Positions 37,290 to 49,612 are shown, counted from the whole stretch's first letter. The stretch: 63,548 bases of DNA, filler included, from Octopus bimaculoides (GCF_001194135.2; 4 parts of 4 records of this genome joined end to end with filler, not necessarily neighbours in it), one strand, 5' to 3'. Notes: generated from the letters alone by a model not told the origin. Numbers and translations are program-made.

Positions 37290-38202
37290 NNNNNNNNNNN
37301 NNNNNNNNNNNNNNNNNNNNNNNNNNNNNNNNNNNNNNNNNNNNNNNNNNNNNNNNNNNNNNNNNNNNNNNNNNNNNNNNNNNNNNNNNNNNNNNNNNNN
37401 NNNNNNNNNNNNNNNNNNNNNNNNNNNNNNNNNNNNNNNNNNNNNNNNNNNNNNNNNNNNNNNNNNNNNNNNNNNNNNNNNNNNNNNNNNNNNNNNNNNN
37501 NNNNNNNNNNNNNNNNNNNNNNNNNNNNNNNNNNNNNNNNNNNNNNNNNNNNNNNNNNNNNNNNNNNNNNNNNNNNNNNNNNNNNNNNNNNNNNNNNNNN
37601 NNNNNNNNNNNNNNNNNNNNNNNNNNNNNNNNNNNNNNNNNNNNNNNNNNNNNNNNNNNNNNNNNNNNNNNNNNNNNNNNNNNNNNNNNNNNNNNNNNNN
37701 NNNNNNNNNNNNNNNNNNNNNNNNNNNNNNNNNNNNNNNNNNNNNNNNNNNNNNNNNNNNNNNNNNNNNNNNNNNNNNNNNNNNNNNNNNNNNNNNNNNN
37801 NNNNNNNNNNNNNNNNNNNNNNNNNNNNNNNNNNNNNNNNNNNNNNNNNNNNNNNNNNNNNNNNNNNNNNNTATATAAATATATATATATATACGCGCAC
37901 ACACACGTTTATGCACACATATATAAACATCGATTGGAAAATTGTCTACGTATGTGTAGAGTGCCAATAATCATCCGTCTTCATAATCTTTTATGCGTTC
38001 TTCAGCAATATTTTACGCAGATTTGAATCGTAACAGAAAACAACTTTTAAATAAAATTGAATAAATAATTGGGTATCAGAAAATGGATTCTTCCATTGGT
38101 TGAATTCTTTAAAACGGTGTTGCCTGAAACCGAAACTGCATCTATATGTCAATAGAAAGAATACGCAATCACGCAAATATACTCATATAAACATACACAC
38201 AA

Positions 38203-38235
<33 letters not shown>

Positions 38236-38416
38236 TCCATACACGAATTCACAGAAACACAGACATAGGCAGCCATGTAAACGCGCACACAAAGGATTAC
38301 AAGCATAAATCAATTAAATGTATATAAATAGTTACATGCGTACCTATATAATGTATGTATATATATGAGTGTGTATATGTGTGCGTGCGTGCGTATGTAT
38401 GTGTGTACGTGTGCGC

Positions 38417-38474
<58 letters not shown>

Positions 38475-38628
38475 GTATATGTATAATTGTGTGTGTGTAT
38501 ACATACACATACATATCGATACATGAAAATATATCTATGCCTGTGCTATTTATTTGTGCATAGATCGATATCCAGACGGACAACAGACAGACAGACACAT
38601 AGATAGATAGAGAGAGGGAGAGAGAGAC

Positions 38629-38661
<33 letters not shown>

Positions 38662-38668
38662 TAGTTAA

Positions 38669-38722
<54 letters not shown>

Positions 38723-39134
38723 TTATAGTTAGACAGATAGATTGATAGATAGACAAACAGAACGAAGCAGGCGAGTATGTGTTAAGAAGCCAACATGACA
38801 ATAATTACATACATGAATTTATTTAGCGAAACAGAATTTAGGAGACGTAGGAATTAATAAAGATTCCTACATTCATACGTGAATATCAATGATATGAACA
38901 GGGCCACATGACTTAACCCTTAAAGTATTTTTAACATCATTAGTAGTGATGTTATATCTTTAATTAATGCAAGACGCCATCATGGCTGTGTTGTATATCT
39001 AACGACAAATAACTATAACTTCCGGTCACCGGAAGTAGCTTAGCAGGCTTTGAAATACAGAGTTAACTTATTGGGGGTATCTACCGTCAAATAAGAGACA
39101 TGGTAATAATCTTCAAATTAATAGAATATAATTG

Positions 39135-39203
<69 letters not shown>

Positions 39204-39359
39204 GTAATAATAATAACAACAACACCAACAATAATAATAATAATAATGACAACAACAACAACAACAACAACAATCATGATGATGATGATGATTAGAGTAA
39301 GAGAAGAACGAGGGGAGGGGAGAAGAAGAAGCAGAACAACAACAACAACAATAATAACA

Positions 39360-39520
39360 CGTTTCAAATTCTGGCACAAAGCCAGCAATTTCGGGGAAGG
39401 AATAGTCAATTGCATGGGCCCCCTTGTTCAACTGGTACCTCTTTTACTGGTGCCGAAGAGTAAAAGATAAAGTCGACTTAGGATGAATTTGTGCGTAGAA
39501 CGTAAAGATGGACAGAATTA
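39360..39520 (-). mobile_element. SINE family B, diverged, between AAT/AAC and ATT/GTT tracts
   Basis: AAAGTCGACTTAGGATGAATTTGTGCGTAGAACGTAAAGATGGACAGA corresponds to 18580-18610. Confidence 0.55.
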
Positions 39521-39698
39521 TTATTATTATTGTTGTTGTTGTTATTGTTATTACTATTATTATCATTTGAAACCATTGCTATTATGATGATTGTTGTTGC
39601 TGTTGTTGTTGTTGTTGTTGTTTTTGTTGTTGTTGTTGTTACTCATAACAACATGTGACTCTCCTTGAGCACCAGCAGCCCATTTTACAGTAGCCAAC

Positions 39699-40480
39699 AT
39701 CCCATAAGTTCTGTCCGAATTTTGAATACAGAAATCAAGTGATCAAGTGCTATATTTAATTGAAATTTAATCATCAATGCACTTTCCCTGACTATCTATG
39801 ACTTCCTTCCATCTATTTACAAGCTTTTTAATCCCTTCAATGTAAAACTCTTTTGGTTTCAAAGCGAAGAACTCGGAAATGTCAGTTTCGACCTCCTCCT
39901 GGCTTGCGAAAGTCATGTCACCCAAATGATTCTGTAAACAAATGGTAGTCTGAAGGAGCAAGGTCGGGAGAATAAGGTGGATGAGGAACTTCTTCCCATG
40001 AAGTTCCCTTCTCGGTTGTGGTTGAGCTTTTTCCCTTTTACCAAGCCAATGTTTACGACGTTTAACATTTCGATAGAAGATCCATTTTTCGTCACCACTC
40101 ACAAGTCTATCCAAAAAGGGTGAAATGAGTTCGCGAGAATGGAGAGAAGAGCAGATGTCAACTCAGGATTTGCGGTTGCTTTCGGACAATTCATGAGGCA
40201 CNNNNNNNNNNNNNNNNNNNNNNNNNNNNNNNNNNNNNNNNNNNNNNNNNNNNNNNNNNNNNNNNNNNNNNNNNNNNNNNNNNNNNNNNNNNNNNNNNNN
40301 NNNNNTGGATGTCCTGTTCGATCTTCATCTTCAAGGCTGAAATCTCCACTTTTGAATTTTGCAAACCATCTTCTGCAAGTTCTTTCATTCAAGCATTCTT
40401 TCCCATAAACTGAGTGTATGTTTCGAGTCGTTTCGGCTGCAGAGTTTCTTTTTATGGATAGTTTAACCTGTTCGTGCTAT
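39699..40480 (-). mobile_element. mariner copy of the 11162 family with internal deletion
   Basis: Near-identical TIR and coding segments; NERTCRRWFAKFKSGDFSLEDEDRTGHP N-terminus; lacks the DNARPH segment. Confidence 0.92.
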
Positions 40481-41137
40481 ATTATTAGCATTACCGTGCG
40501 TTGACTTTCAAACGCGGAGTAGATAAAACAGGGGACAAGTGTTGAATGGAATAGTCTTTATGTTGCTTGTCTCATTTCTCTATTTGTTTCTTTCGTTGTC
40601 CGAAAAAAGTTCGTTTTCCATGTTTTTGTTTTTTATGTTCTCGTTTCTCATTTTGTTCACATGTTTTTGACGTTCTGTACCCATATATGCATGTATATAT
40701 ACATATATATGTAGGCGTGTACATTTCTGTGTGTATATATGCATGTATATACATTATTCATATTATATATACCTACGTATATATGTATGTATGTTTATTC
40801 CTCTTGAAAGAGTTCAAGCCGGTCGCTGTCAAAGCAAGCCTTTTTTTGAGTTCAGAGAGTCCCTGGGGTTTGTAAATTGTGGTTGAATTAGTGTGTTGGT
40901 TGAACTGTATAATCTATTCATGCATACATGTATGTATGTATGTATGTATGTATGTATGCATGCATGTATGTATGTATGTATGTATGCATATATGTAAGTA
41001 TGTATGTGCATGTATATGTATGTATACGTGTTTGGGTGTATCTATATATGTGTGTATGTATGCATGCATGTAGTATGTAAGCATGTATGTCTGTTCGTGC
41101 ATGTATATAAACGTGTGTGTAAGTATGTATATAACGG

Positions 41138-41285
41138 GTTTCTTTCGTTGTCCGTCTACTGAATCCACTCAGAAATCTTTCTTGGCCTATAGCTATAGTA
41201 AAAACACTTGCCCAAGGTTCTATGTAGTGGAACGAAGCCGAAACCATGTGATAGGGAAGCAAACTTCTTACCACGCACCACGCAT
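41138..41285 (-). mobile_element. SINE family A, just upstream of the large exon
   Basis: CCGTCTACTGAATCCACTCAGAAATC...CACTTGCCCAAGGT...TTCTTACCACGCACC. Confidence 0.7.
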
Positions 41286-41401
41286 GCGTTTCCTTCAACG
41301 TTTCCTTCCATTTGCAACATGGTTTGCTCGGCATTTAGAACCAATCAAAAGTTTTGTCTATTATGCATTTTCTATTTCATATTCCTTTCTTCTCATTGCA
41401 G

Positions 41402-41982
41402 TGCCGATGGTGAATTCGTAGTGACCCTAATGACAAAAGCCACTGTCCACTACGATGGCCGAATCGTCTGGGAACCTCCAGCTATTTATAAGAGTTACTG
41501 TCCTATAGACGTCGAGTTTTTCCCGTTTGATATGCAGCAGTGCTTTATGAAGTTTGGATCGTGGACCTACGACGGAAACCAAGTGGACCTTCAGCATTTT
41601 TGCATGGAAAAGGGCATTACTACCGCTACTGGAGAAGTGGTTATCAAACGAGGAATTGACTTGAAAGACTACTATCCCAACGTAGAATGGGACATTATCA
41701 ATGTAACAGCGAGACGAAAGGAGAAGTTCTATGGATGCTGCACAGAACCCTACCCGGATATTATGTTCAACGTTACACTGCGCAGGCGCACGCTCTTTTA
41801 TACATTGAACTTAATAATGCCCTGCATTTCCATCTCCTGTCTCACTGTTTTAGTTTTCTATTTGCCTTCAGACAGCGGTGAAAAAATTACTCTGTCTATT
41901 TCGATATTGCTAGCACTTACTGTATTTTTTCTGTTATTGTCAGATATAAACCCGCCAACCTCACTGGTTGTTCCACTTATAG
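41402..41982 (+). CDS. nAChR alpha subunit, large exon (Cys-loop, loops B/F/C, M1, M2, M2-M3 loop)
   Basis: [15 protein letters not shown] Cys-loop, [18 protein letters not shown] (vicinal Cys), M1, [28 protein letters not shown] acceptor; G|GTACGT donor; 581 bp, phases match both neighbours. Confidence 0.97.
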
Positions 41983-42769
41983 GTACGTATACAATATATG
42001 TTGAATTATATACTAAAAAAATATATATATATATATATGCATTGTAAACAATCGCTACTTTATACTCACATAAACGGAAATAAAAATAAAATCAGTGACA
42101 GAAATATTATACGTTCGGTGTCTGTACGAAATATGTGCACAAAGCATTGCTGCATATCAATACACGTGTTTTATTTTATCTTTTACTTGTTTCAGTCTTT
42201 AGACTACGGCCATGCTGGGGCACCGCCTTGAAGGATTTTTTTTTTTGTTCTCTTGAATCCACCCCAATACTTGTTTGATGTTTTCAAAATTTTAAACTCT
42301 AATACTTATTCAATCGATCTCTTTTCCCGAATCGTTATTTTACGATTGTAACACCGGTGAGTGGGAGACAAATACAAAATTGCAGACACACACGCATGCG
42401 TACAGACACAGACACAGACATAGACACACACACACACACATACACACACACACACACACACACAATCTGCCACCAATCGCACACCTTACCATCAGCATGA
42501 CATAAACTGACAAGGACAGATATTTGAATCACAGATACAATCCATACAAAGGGGATTTTCTCAGAGTTTTCCATTTAACAATTCTTCCCCCATAAGGTTT
42601 GGATTAAATCGAGACTACCGTCAAGTCACGCAAGGTATCACGAAGCTGAATCCATCTCGGAAACTCATGGTTGTAAAGCCAACGTCGTAATGGTTCATTC
42701 ATGCTTGCGCCCATCATATAAGGTTACTATAGCGTCCCGTAAATAGCTCACAAAGGAACAGAAATTATG

Positions 42770-43090
42770 CCTTTTATGTCTTATTACTGGCACTCGGTCG
42801 GCTACGACGATGAGTCGTTCCAGTTGATCATATAGTTAACGTGTAAGTGGCTTAGCATTCCACAGAAAAACGTAACCTTAACATAATTCGCAAGAAGATT
42901 CAGCGTGTCACAGAACGTGACGACAACGGCCCACTAAATTACAGGTACAACTCATTTTTGCCAGCCAGATGGACTGCAGCAACACGAAATGAAGTGTCTT
43001 GCTCAAGGACACAACGCGCTGCCGGGAATCGAACTCATGACCTTTCGATTGTGAGCCGAATACCCTACCCACCAAGCCATGCGCCTTCAC
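42770..43090 (-). mobile_element. tRNA-derived SINE (family D)
   Basis: Minus strand reads GCGCATGGCTTGGTGGGTAGGG...GAGTTCGATTCCC...GTGTCCTTGAGCAAGACACTT. A related copy lies at 48400-48550. Confidence 0.75.
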
Positions 43091-44649
43091 TTTTTAGATT
43101 TATACGGCAATGTATTGTGTATCTATATGAGCTACGAGTTTTCTACAGCGGTTTCTTAACAAATACTGACTTTATCGACCACGTCGATTCTTAGCAAATA
43201 GAAAACCAAAATCATACGCAATCTTCCAAGATAAGATTTTATCCAGTTCCAGAACATATTTCCATCGTTTAGGACACTCAGCTGTCTTGCGTTTTCTGCC
43301 AGAATAAGCATCCTAATACCTAGAATTGATTATTTATTGATATTAATGTTATACTTGGATAGCAAAAGCCTTTAATAGCAGACGACCGATACGAAGATTT
43401 AATCTGTACGTCTCCATTTGGCGCAACGTTGTCAATACGATGTTCTCCATCATGACATAAAACTGCACCGATAGGCTTAACAAGGAATCTTGTACAGCAG
43501 ATAAACCTGCCCCTCCTTCAATTCAACCCCATCGTTCAGTGGAGTGTTTCTTGACTCGAGCCATGCTTTGTCGGACTACATGCATATGTAAATGTAGTCT
43601 GTGTACATACATGTGAAAGTGTGTGTATACATATATAAATATGTATATACATATACACAAGCATATGAATATATGTCTGTATGTATGTATATGTATATAT
43701 ATATATCTATATATATATATATATGTGTATGTATGTATGTATGTACATATGCATGTGTATGTGTGTATGTATACATATATATATATGATTTATATTATTA
43801 TATATATATCATGCATGAGAGAGAGATTGATTAATTGAGTGATTGATACATACATACATTCATTCATACATACATACATACATACATACATACATTCATG
43901 CATACATACATACATACGTACATATACGCGTACATGTTGACGGTGCAAAAAATACGAGAAAATCAACGTACACTGATACACGCAATATATGTATATACAT
44001 GATTATATATCCACACATATGCATATAAGTATATATAATGTGTGTGTGTGTATTATATACATGCGTATGTGTATCTGTGTACGCATGTGTATGTGTGTGC
44101 GTGTTTATATATATATATANNNNNNNNNNNNNNNNNNNNNNNNNNNNNNNNNNNNNNNNNNNNNNNNNNNNNNNNNNNNNNNNNNNNNNNNNNNNNNNNN
44201 NNNNNNNNNNNNNNNNNNNNNNNNNNNNNNNNNNNNNNNNNNNNNNNNNNNNNNNNNNNNNNNNNNNNNNNNNNNNNNNNNNNNNNNNNNNNNNNNNNNN
44301 NNNNNNNNNNNNNNNNNNNNNNNNNNNNNNNNNNNNNNNNNNNNNNNNNNNNNNNNNNNNNNNNNNNNNNNNNNNNNNNNNNNNNNNNNNNNNNNNNNNN
44401 NNNNNNNNNNNNNNNNNNNNNNNNNNNNNNNNNNNNNNNNNNNNNNNNNNNNNNNNNNNNNNNNNNNNNNNNNNNNNNNNNNNNNNNNNNNNNNNNNNNN
44501 NNNNNNNNNNNNNNNNNNNNNNNNNNNNNNNNNNNNNNNNNNNNNNNNNNNNNNNNNNNNNNNNNNNNNNNNNNNNNNNNNNNNNNNNNNNNNNNNNNNN
44601 NNNNNNNNNNNNNNNNNNNNNNNNNNNNNNNNNNNNNNNNNNNNNNNNN

Positions 44650-44709
<60 letters not shown>

Positions 44710-44923
44710 TAACAATACAACGCTGCAGTTAATCCAAACCCTTCGAGAAATTAAACTGCTATGATTCATCAATACGTCTATACGTCTACAAAGTGAATTC
44801 CTCTTTTCGTAACGGAACCATTCTCTTCAGTTCTTCATATTTCCTTCCTTCCTTACTATCATTGACTGATATAATTCCATTTATTCCGTTTCTCTTATTT
44901 TTCTTTGTTTTTCTCTTCTACAG

Positions 44924-45378
44924 GTAAATACCTAATGTTTACAATGATTGTAGTCGCTATGTCAATATTCATGACCGTATTCACGCTGCACATGAACTAC
45001 AGAGCTCCAACCACACACAAAATGAGACCTTGGGTGCGTCGAATATTCACGGAAATTCTTCCCAAAATTCTACTGTTAAAACGTCCCCAGTCGCGGTGCA
45101 AATCTCAAATTGCGGTTCGAACGTGCAGCGGAGTAGAAGTCCGTGAAACGTATACCGTAGCCCGTCACTGGTCTCGTTTCAAGAATATGCCAGCCCCGTC
45201 GACTGCTAACCGCTTGCGGCGCCTCCGGCACCATCGGCCTCACACGTTGCATATCGACGATCAAGACATGGCGACGGCTCAGTCTGCGGCCAGTCGTCAT
45301 GCGCACGAGATACATGAGGTCATTGAAGGGGTCAAGTATATTGCAAACAGAATGCAGGATGAAGATGAACGTGCTGAG
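44924..45378 (+). CDS. nAChR alpha subunit exon (M3, intracellular loop, MA helix)
   Basis: Long pyrimidine tract plus CAG. (G)KYLMFTMIVVAMSIFMTVF...HKMRPWVRRIF..ILPKILLLKRP...EVIEGVKYIANRMQDEDERAE, then GAG|GTAACT donor (phase 0). Confidence 0.96.
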
Positions 45379-45574
45379 GTAACTTCTTTTTTTTACCTAT
45401 TTTTCATATTCATCCTTTCATCATTATCATCATCATCATCATCATCATCAAAATCATCATCATCATCATTATCGTCGTCGTCGTCTTCATAACCACATCA
45501 ACATCATTATCATCGTCATCATCATCGTTATTATTATTATTGTTGTTGTGTTGTTGTTGTTATTATTATTATCA

Positions 45575-45676
45575 AGATAATGAGCTGGCAGAATCGTTAG
45601 CACGCCTTACGTTCTGAGTTCAAATTCTACCGAGGTCGACTTTGCCTTTGCCCTTTTGGATTCGATAAAATAAGTA
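45575..45676 (+). mobile_element. SINE family B, interrupted at a TA by a mariner
   Basis: GAGCTGGCAGAATCGTTAGCACG...GAGTTCAAATTCTACCGAGGTCGACTTTGCC...GATAAAATAAGTA. Confidence 0.7.
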
Positions 45677-46213
45677 TCAGGTTGAGTAAGTAACGTTTTG
45701 AAACATGGAGAATTTGAAGAATTTAAAACCCAGTAAAACCATTACTGCAAAAATATATTGCCATAAAATTGTCAGAATGAACGAAAAATTGCTACTCTTC
45801 CGTCCCAGACTGGTCAAAAGATGAGGGCCAATCATTCTTCATGACAATGCTCGACCACACGTTCCACTATTGACGCTCCAGAAGCTGAGGTAACTTGGCT
45901 ACGAAGTTCTTCCCCACCCAGCTTGTTTCGCAGACCTTTTTCCTACCGACTACCACCTTTTCAAGCACCTTGATGGTTTTCTGCGAGAAAAGGAGTTCAA
46001 AAATCAAACCGATGCTGAAAGTGCGTTCAAAGAGTTCATCAGCTCCAGAACTCCTGATTTTTATGTGACCGAAATAAACAAACTTGTGACTCGTTCGCAG
46101 AAATGTGTTAATTGTAATGATACTTACTTTGATGAATAAAATTTACGCATTGTTCAAATATATTGTGAGGAATTTCATGTTTCCAAACGTTGTTTACTCT
46201 TTACTCAACCTGA
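45677..46213 (+). mobile_element. Internally deleted mariner (third family) with both TIRs
   Basis: TCAGGTTGAGTAA...TTACTCAACCTGA. Coding remnant IILHDNARPHV...YEVLPHP...TDYHLFKHLDGFLREKEF...CNDTYFDE*. Confidence 0.85.
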
Positions 46214-46494
46214 GATAAGCAATTTCTGATGATTGCTCCAATTTTACTCACTGATTTTGCTCCTTTGTTTGGTGTATGCGATCTTATGTGAGTTCGTTGT
46301 CTGCACTCGACATAAATCAAGCTACAATTAAAGAATTATATAACGTATTAAGAACACCGTAGAGTCTAAAGATTTTATTCATCAACCAATACGATGTAAG
46401 AACGACTTACTCCGTGGGAATGTTTTCCAAACCTTTTTTCCAAATGTTTCCAAACATTGCTTACTTTTTACTCAGCCTGAGAGCAGTTGATCAC

Positions 46495-46785
46495 TGAGGT
46501 CGATTCTCACTTCCAATCCTAATTATTGGTATTTCCCAACTTTCTTGTCCACCGTCTTAACAATATTTTGGCCAGCAGGTACAGCTACACTGATGCAGAT
46601 CCATTCTTTGGTGCCCTTTAATAAAAGAGAGATATCAGGTCGGTTATGTCGCAGCCTTTTGTCTGTATATATTGACATATCCAAAATGAGTTTCACTTGA
46701 TCATTCTCTGGTACTGGTAAAAGCTAGTGCTCATATCACTTGTTGGAACATTCTAGCCGATACTTCTTTCACATCTCCCACTATA
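46495..46785 (-). mobile_element. R4/NeSL-type non-LTR retrotransposon restriction-like endonuclease (RLE) fragment
   Basis: Manual translation: WEM*KKYRLECSNK*YEH*LLPVPENDQVKLILDMSIYTDKRLRHNRPDISLLLKGTKEWICISVAVPAGQNIVKTVDKKVGKYQ*L (NRPDI...VAVP...K..KY motif). Confidence 0.75.
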
Positions 46786-47803
46786 TTCACACAGCTATTT
46801 CGTCAGAAACAGGAGGCAGAGGAAAGTCCAAGAGAAAAGGAAGACGGAAGAAAAAGATTGCCAACGATTCAGATGTGGTTACATTTTGAAATGTATATAT
46901 ATGAGTGAGTGGACAAACGAAAGAATGCCACTCAAGCAATTTATTAGGACTTACGTGTATGGATCAAAACCGTTTGGTGCAAATTCGTTGGTACTCTTGA
47001 GTTTCAAGTCTGATGTGTTCAAATTCAAAATAGCTGACGACTAGCATCACGCTTGAAATTCAACGGATTTGAATCAAACTGTTTTGATCCATCCGTCTAT
47101 CCATATATATATATATATATATATANNNNNNNNNNNNNNNNNNNNNNNNNNNNNNNNNNNNNNNNNNNNNNNNNNNNNNNNNNNNNNNNNNNNNNNNNNN
47201 NNNNNNNNNNNNNNNNNNNNNNNNNNNNNNNNNNNNNNNNNNNNNNNNNNNNNNNNNNNNNNNNNNNNNNNNNNNNNNNNNNNNNNNNNNNNNNNNNNNN
47301 NNNNNNNNNNNNNNNNNNNNNNNNNNNNNNNNNNNNNNNNNNNNNNNNNNNNNNNNNNNNNNNNNNNNNNNNNNNNNNNNNNNNNNNNNNNNNNNNNNNN
47401 NNNNNNNNNNNNNNNNNNNNNNNNNNNNNNNNNNNNNNNNNNNNNNNNNNNNNNNNNNNNNNNNNNNNNNNNNNNNNNNNNNNNNNNNNNNNNNNNNNNN
47501 NNNNNNNNNNNNNNNNNNNNNNNNNNNNNNNNNNNNNNNNNNNNNNNNNNNNNNNNNNNNNNNNNNNNNNNNNNNNNNNNNNNNNNNNNNNNNNNNNNNN
47601 NNNNNNNNNNNNNNNNNNNNNNNNNNNNNNNNNNNNNNNNNNNNNNNNNNNNNNNNNNNNNNNNNNNNNNNNNNNNNNNNNNNNNNNNNNNNNNNNNNNN
47701 NNNNNNNNNNNNNNNNNNNNNNNNNNNNNNNNNNNNNNNNNNNNNNNNNNNNNNNNNNNNNNNNNNNNNNNNNNNNNNNNNNNNNNNNNNNNNNNNNNNN
47801 NNN

Positions 47804-47846
<43 letters not shown>

Positions 47847-48399
47847 CACACAAATAGATAGATAGATAGATATCATAATTTACGCTGTACCGGTACTTTA
47901 TAATTACTATTTGGCCGGCAACCTTATATGTATTATGTAAATAACTAATGCGTGCAGCCACTCTGCTTGTTTACATTTTAATAAATAGCCTACAGCTCCT
48001 ATCATCGGCAGTTTTGGTGGTAAATCGAAGTGATCGAATACAGGTGAATTGCTAAATATTGATGAAACCGGTCGTCTCTGTCTCATTTCCAGCTGCCGAA
48101 AGCAATCCTCGGGACATAATTTTGCAGCCAGACGAAACGGTGAGAATAATAAACAAAACCTAATGAAGAATAAATAACAGGAACTTACCACTCAGGCGTA
48201 TTTCTTCGAAGTGATGTGAGCTGACGCATTGTACTATTCTACCATACCATCAGTTTTATCCAGTGTCATAGTATCATGGTAAAAACTAGTCTATCGTATA
48301 TTATTATGCATCGCTGGCCTCAATGGGCGTGGCGTTGTTTTAGCTTCCGAATGTGGCCACCCTGCTGGTTAGGCGAGCAGACCAACATTCCCCCCTGAG

Positions 48400-48550
48400 G
48401 GGAAGGCTATAACGTCATAGGGTCATTTATTTACAGTCGAGTGCTGTAAATAGATAACAACGTGAAATGAAATGTTTTGCTCAAGAATCGAACCCATGAC
48501 CGAGTGATCGTGAGCACAAGACCCTAACCACTAGTCCACGCGCCTTCACT
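48400..48550 (-). mobile_element. SINE family D copy
   Basis: TGCTCAAGAATCGAACCCATGACC...CCCTAACCACTAGTCCACGCGCCTTC. Confidence 0.6.
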
Positions 48551-48964
48551 CTATCTAGTATACCACCAAGCAATTAGCATCAGGTATTACACTGCCGTAC
48601 CATGAAGATTATTCAATCCTATATTCCACTGATAGAATCGTTTGAAAGTTGGCCATAATACCTGACGGTATTCGTTTCCGTTTACTAATTAAACGCAAGC
48701 ACACACACATAAGAGAATAGGCGAATAGGGTTCTGGGCATTTTATCAACACTCATGACTGAGTATTGCAATCTTCAAAACCCAACGCTTGATCGTTGAGT
48801 GATCCAGTTATATTAGCTTTATAGTAACGCTCGCATTATACTAGTAGAGGAAGACTGCATTCTGAGCGCTTAATGTACAGTCGTTGTTGTGTATTCGGAT
48901 CTTCTAAACCAGTGGATCTCGACCGAGATTCACATGGCCCCTGAGAGTCCATACAGGTGCTAGA

Positions 48965-49125
48965 GTGGCTGTGTGGTAAGTAGCTTGCTAACCAACCACA
49001 TGGTTCCGGGTTCAGTACCACCGCGTGGCACCTTGGGAAAGTGTCTTCTTCTATATCCTTGGGCCGATCAAAGCCTTCTGAGTGGATTTGTTTGAAGGTT
49101 GCTGAAAGAAGCCTGTCGTATATAC

Positions 49126-49158
<33 letters not shown>

Positions 49159-49310
49159 NNNNNNNNNNGTGTGTGTCCAGCACCGCTTGACAACCGATGC
49201 TGGTGTGTTTACGTCCCCGTAAACTAGCGGTTCGGCAAAAGACACCGATAGAATAAATACTAGGCTTACAAAGAATAAATCCTGGGGGCGTTTTGGTTGA
49301 CTAAGGGCAG
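48965..49310 (+). mobile_element. SINE family A followed by SINE family C
   Basis: GTGGCTGTGTGGTAAGTAGCTTGC...GAAAGAAGCCTGTCG, then CACCGCTTGACAACCGATGCTGGTGTGTTTACG...GATAGAATAAATAC. Confidence 0.8.
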
Positions 49311-49416
49311 GTTTTTAAACCCGAGATCATCCTGATTCCAAAAAAGTATAATATGTCTATGTGGAGCAAATGTAGACTGAGATACAGAGATCCCAGACGG
49401 ACAGACAGAATTTCGC

Positions 49417-49513
<97 letters not shown>

Positions 49514-49539
49514 GTTATTAGTATTACTATTGTTATTAA

Positions 49540-49612
<73 letters not shown>
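49417..49612. repeat. Long (ATT)n microsatellite (~195 bp)
   Basis: Directly visible. Confidence 0.97.

Noticed and set aside
47907-48191. 94-aa minus-strand ORF with a nearby GTAAGT donor-like site, or the missing M4 exon
   Set aside because: No nAChR M4 similarity on either strand and no recognisable domain.
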